Assembly: GCA_016870355.1 (NCBI GenBank)
Contig: VGBR01000002.1
Span: forward strand, 90,982-154,981
Length of the DNA stretch: 64,000 nucleotides
Origin: Actinomycetota bacterium
GTDB lineage: Bacteria > Actinomycetota > Acidimicrobiia > IMCC26256 > PALSA-555
Direction: 5' to 3'
In this document: piece after piece, positions 63,641-64,000 of the stretch
Layout: each line of letters opens with the position of its first letter
Position numbering within the stretch: the first letter of the stretch is position 1
Program-made: the position numbers and the translations under genes
The notes under the pieces: generated by a model
The model's database searches: none
What the model was told of the DNA's origin: nothing
The model's input: the letters and a program-made list of their open reading frames with translations, nothing else

Positions 63641-64000
63641 TTGACTACGTTGCCCAGCATCGAACTCAGAGAAGCCCTCTACACGACGCGTGCGATGCGC
63701 CGGGTCAAGCCTGACCCGATCCCGCTCGAAGTCCAGCAGCGGATCCTCGACGCGGCGATCCGCGCGCCGAGCGGTGGGAACTCCCAGAACTGGCGCTTCG
63801 TGCTCGTGGACGATCCGGAGCTGCGCGGCAAGCTCGGCCCGCTCTACCGGGCGTCACTCGACGAGCTCTGGACCGGCTTCTACGCGGATCGCGTCGCGGC
63901 TGCTGAAGCCGATCCGAACAGCGAAGACTCGAAGCAGATGATGCGCATCCGCCGGTCAGCGGACCACCTCGCAGACCACTTCGCCGAGGTGCCGCTGCTG
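63641..64000 (+). CDS. Nitroreductase family protein (5' part; runs off the right edge)
   Basis: Absent from the ORF track because there is no stop in the window. From TTG 63641 it reads MTTLPSIELREALYTTRAMRRVKPDPIPLEVQQRILDAAIRAPSGGNSQNWRFVLVDD. The start codon is uncertain. Confidence 0.75.
   Translation, partial: MTTLPSIELREALYTTRAMRRVKPDPIPLEVQQRILDAAIRAPSGGNSQNWRFVLVDDPELRGKLGPLYRASLDELWTGFYADRVAAAEADPNSEDSKQMMRIRRSADHLADHFAEVPLL

Noticed and set aside
1-64000. Mobile elements, CRISPR arrays, prophage or defence islands, rRNA/tRNA genes
   Set aside because: I saw no transposase, integrase or recombinase-like ORFs. There are no arrays of regularly spaced direct repeats and no T-loop/acceptor patterns; GGTCCGAATCC at about 1776 lacks a matching stem. 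I saw no conspicuous low-GC block. Absence was judged by eye only.

Overview
GC-rich, very gene-dense chromosomal segment that reads as core Actinomycetota. Evidence: F420 biosynthesis genes fbiA/fbiB, a mycothiol-type DinB enzyme, an LCP plus WbbL-like cell-wall cluster, many GTG/TTG starts and 4-nt stop/start overlaps. A class-level guess (Acidimicrobiia-like) is inference only. I can support about 60 protein genes, mostly housekeeping: murA, meaB, galT, accA-like/birA, pabBC, fbiAB, ftsH, manB, ahcY, secA, prfB, ftsEX. The last ~15 kb holds miscellaneous redox, hydrolase and transport genes. I found no rRNA, tRNA, CRISPR array, transposase/integrase, prophage or recognisable defence genes, and no obvious compositional island (judged by eye, not computed). 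Gene order from the LCP gene to secA resembles, from memory, the M. tuberculosis Rv3240c-Rv3267 neighbourhood. I do not see a convincing novel multi-gene system. The observations most worth a second look are: (1) two families of short structured repeats with compensatory stem changes, a 10-bp-stem/TAT-loop palindrome with a conserved 3' flank (3-4 copies, one inside galT) and a CACGGGGAGG hairpin (2 copies); (2) FbiB encoded as two overlapping genes; (3) a frameshifted PH/GRAM-like gene at a 10-nt near-tandem repeat; (4) an untracked 54-aa zinc-ribbon ORF; (5) twin AT-richer palindromes in a divergent promoter region; (6) a structured ahcY leader that can sequester its start codon; (7) an FtsEX module followed by a catalytically intact coiled-coil M23 peptidase. 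All protein calls rest on motif recognition by eye from the ORF track. No database search was run.
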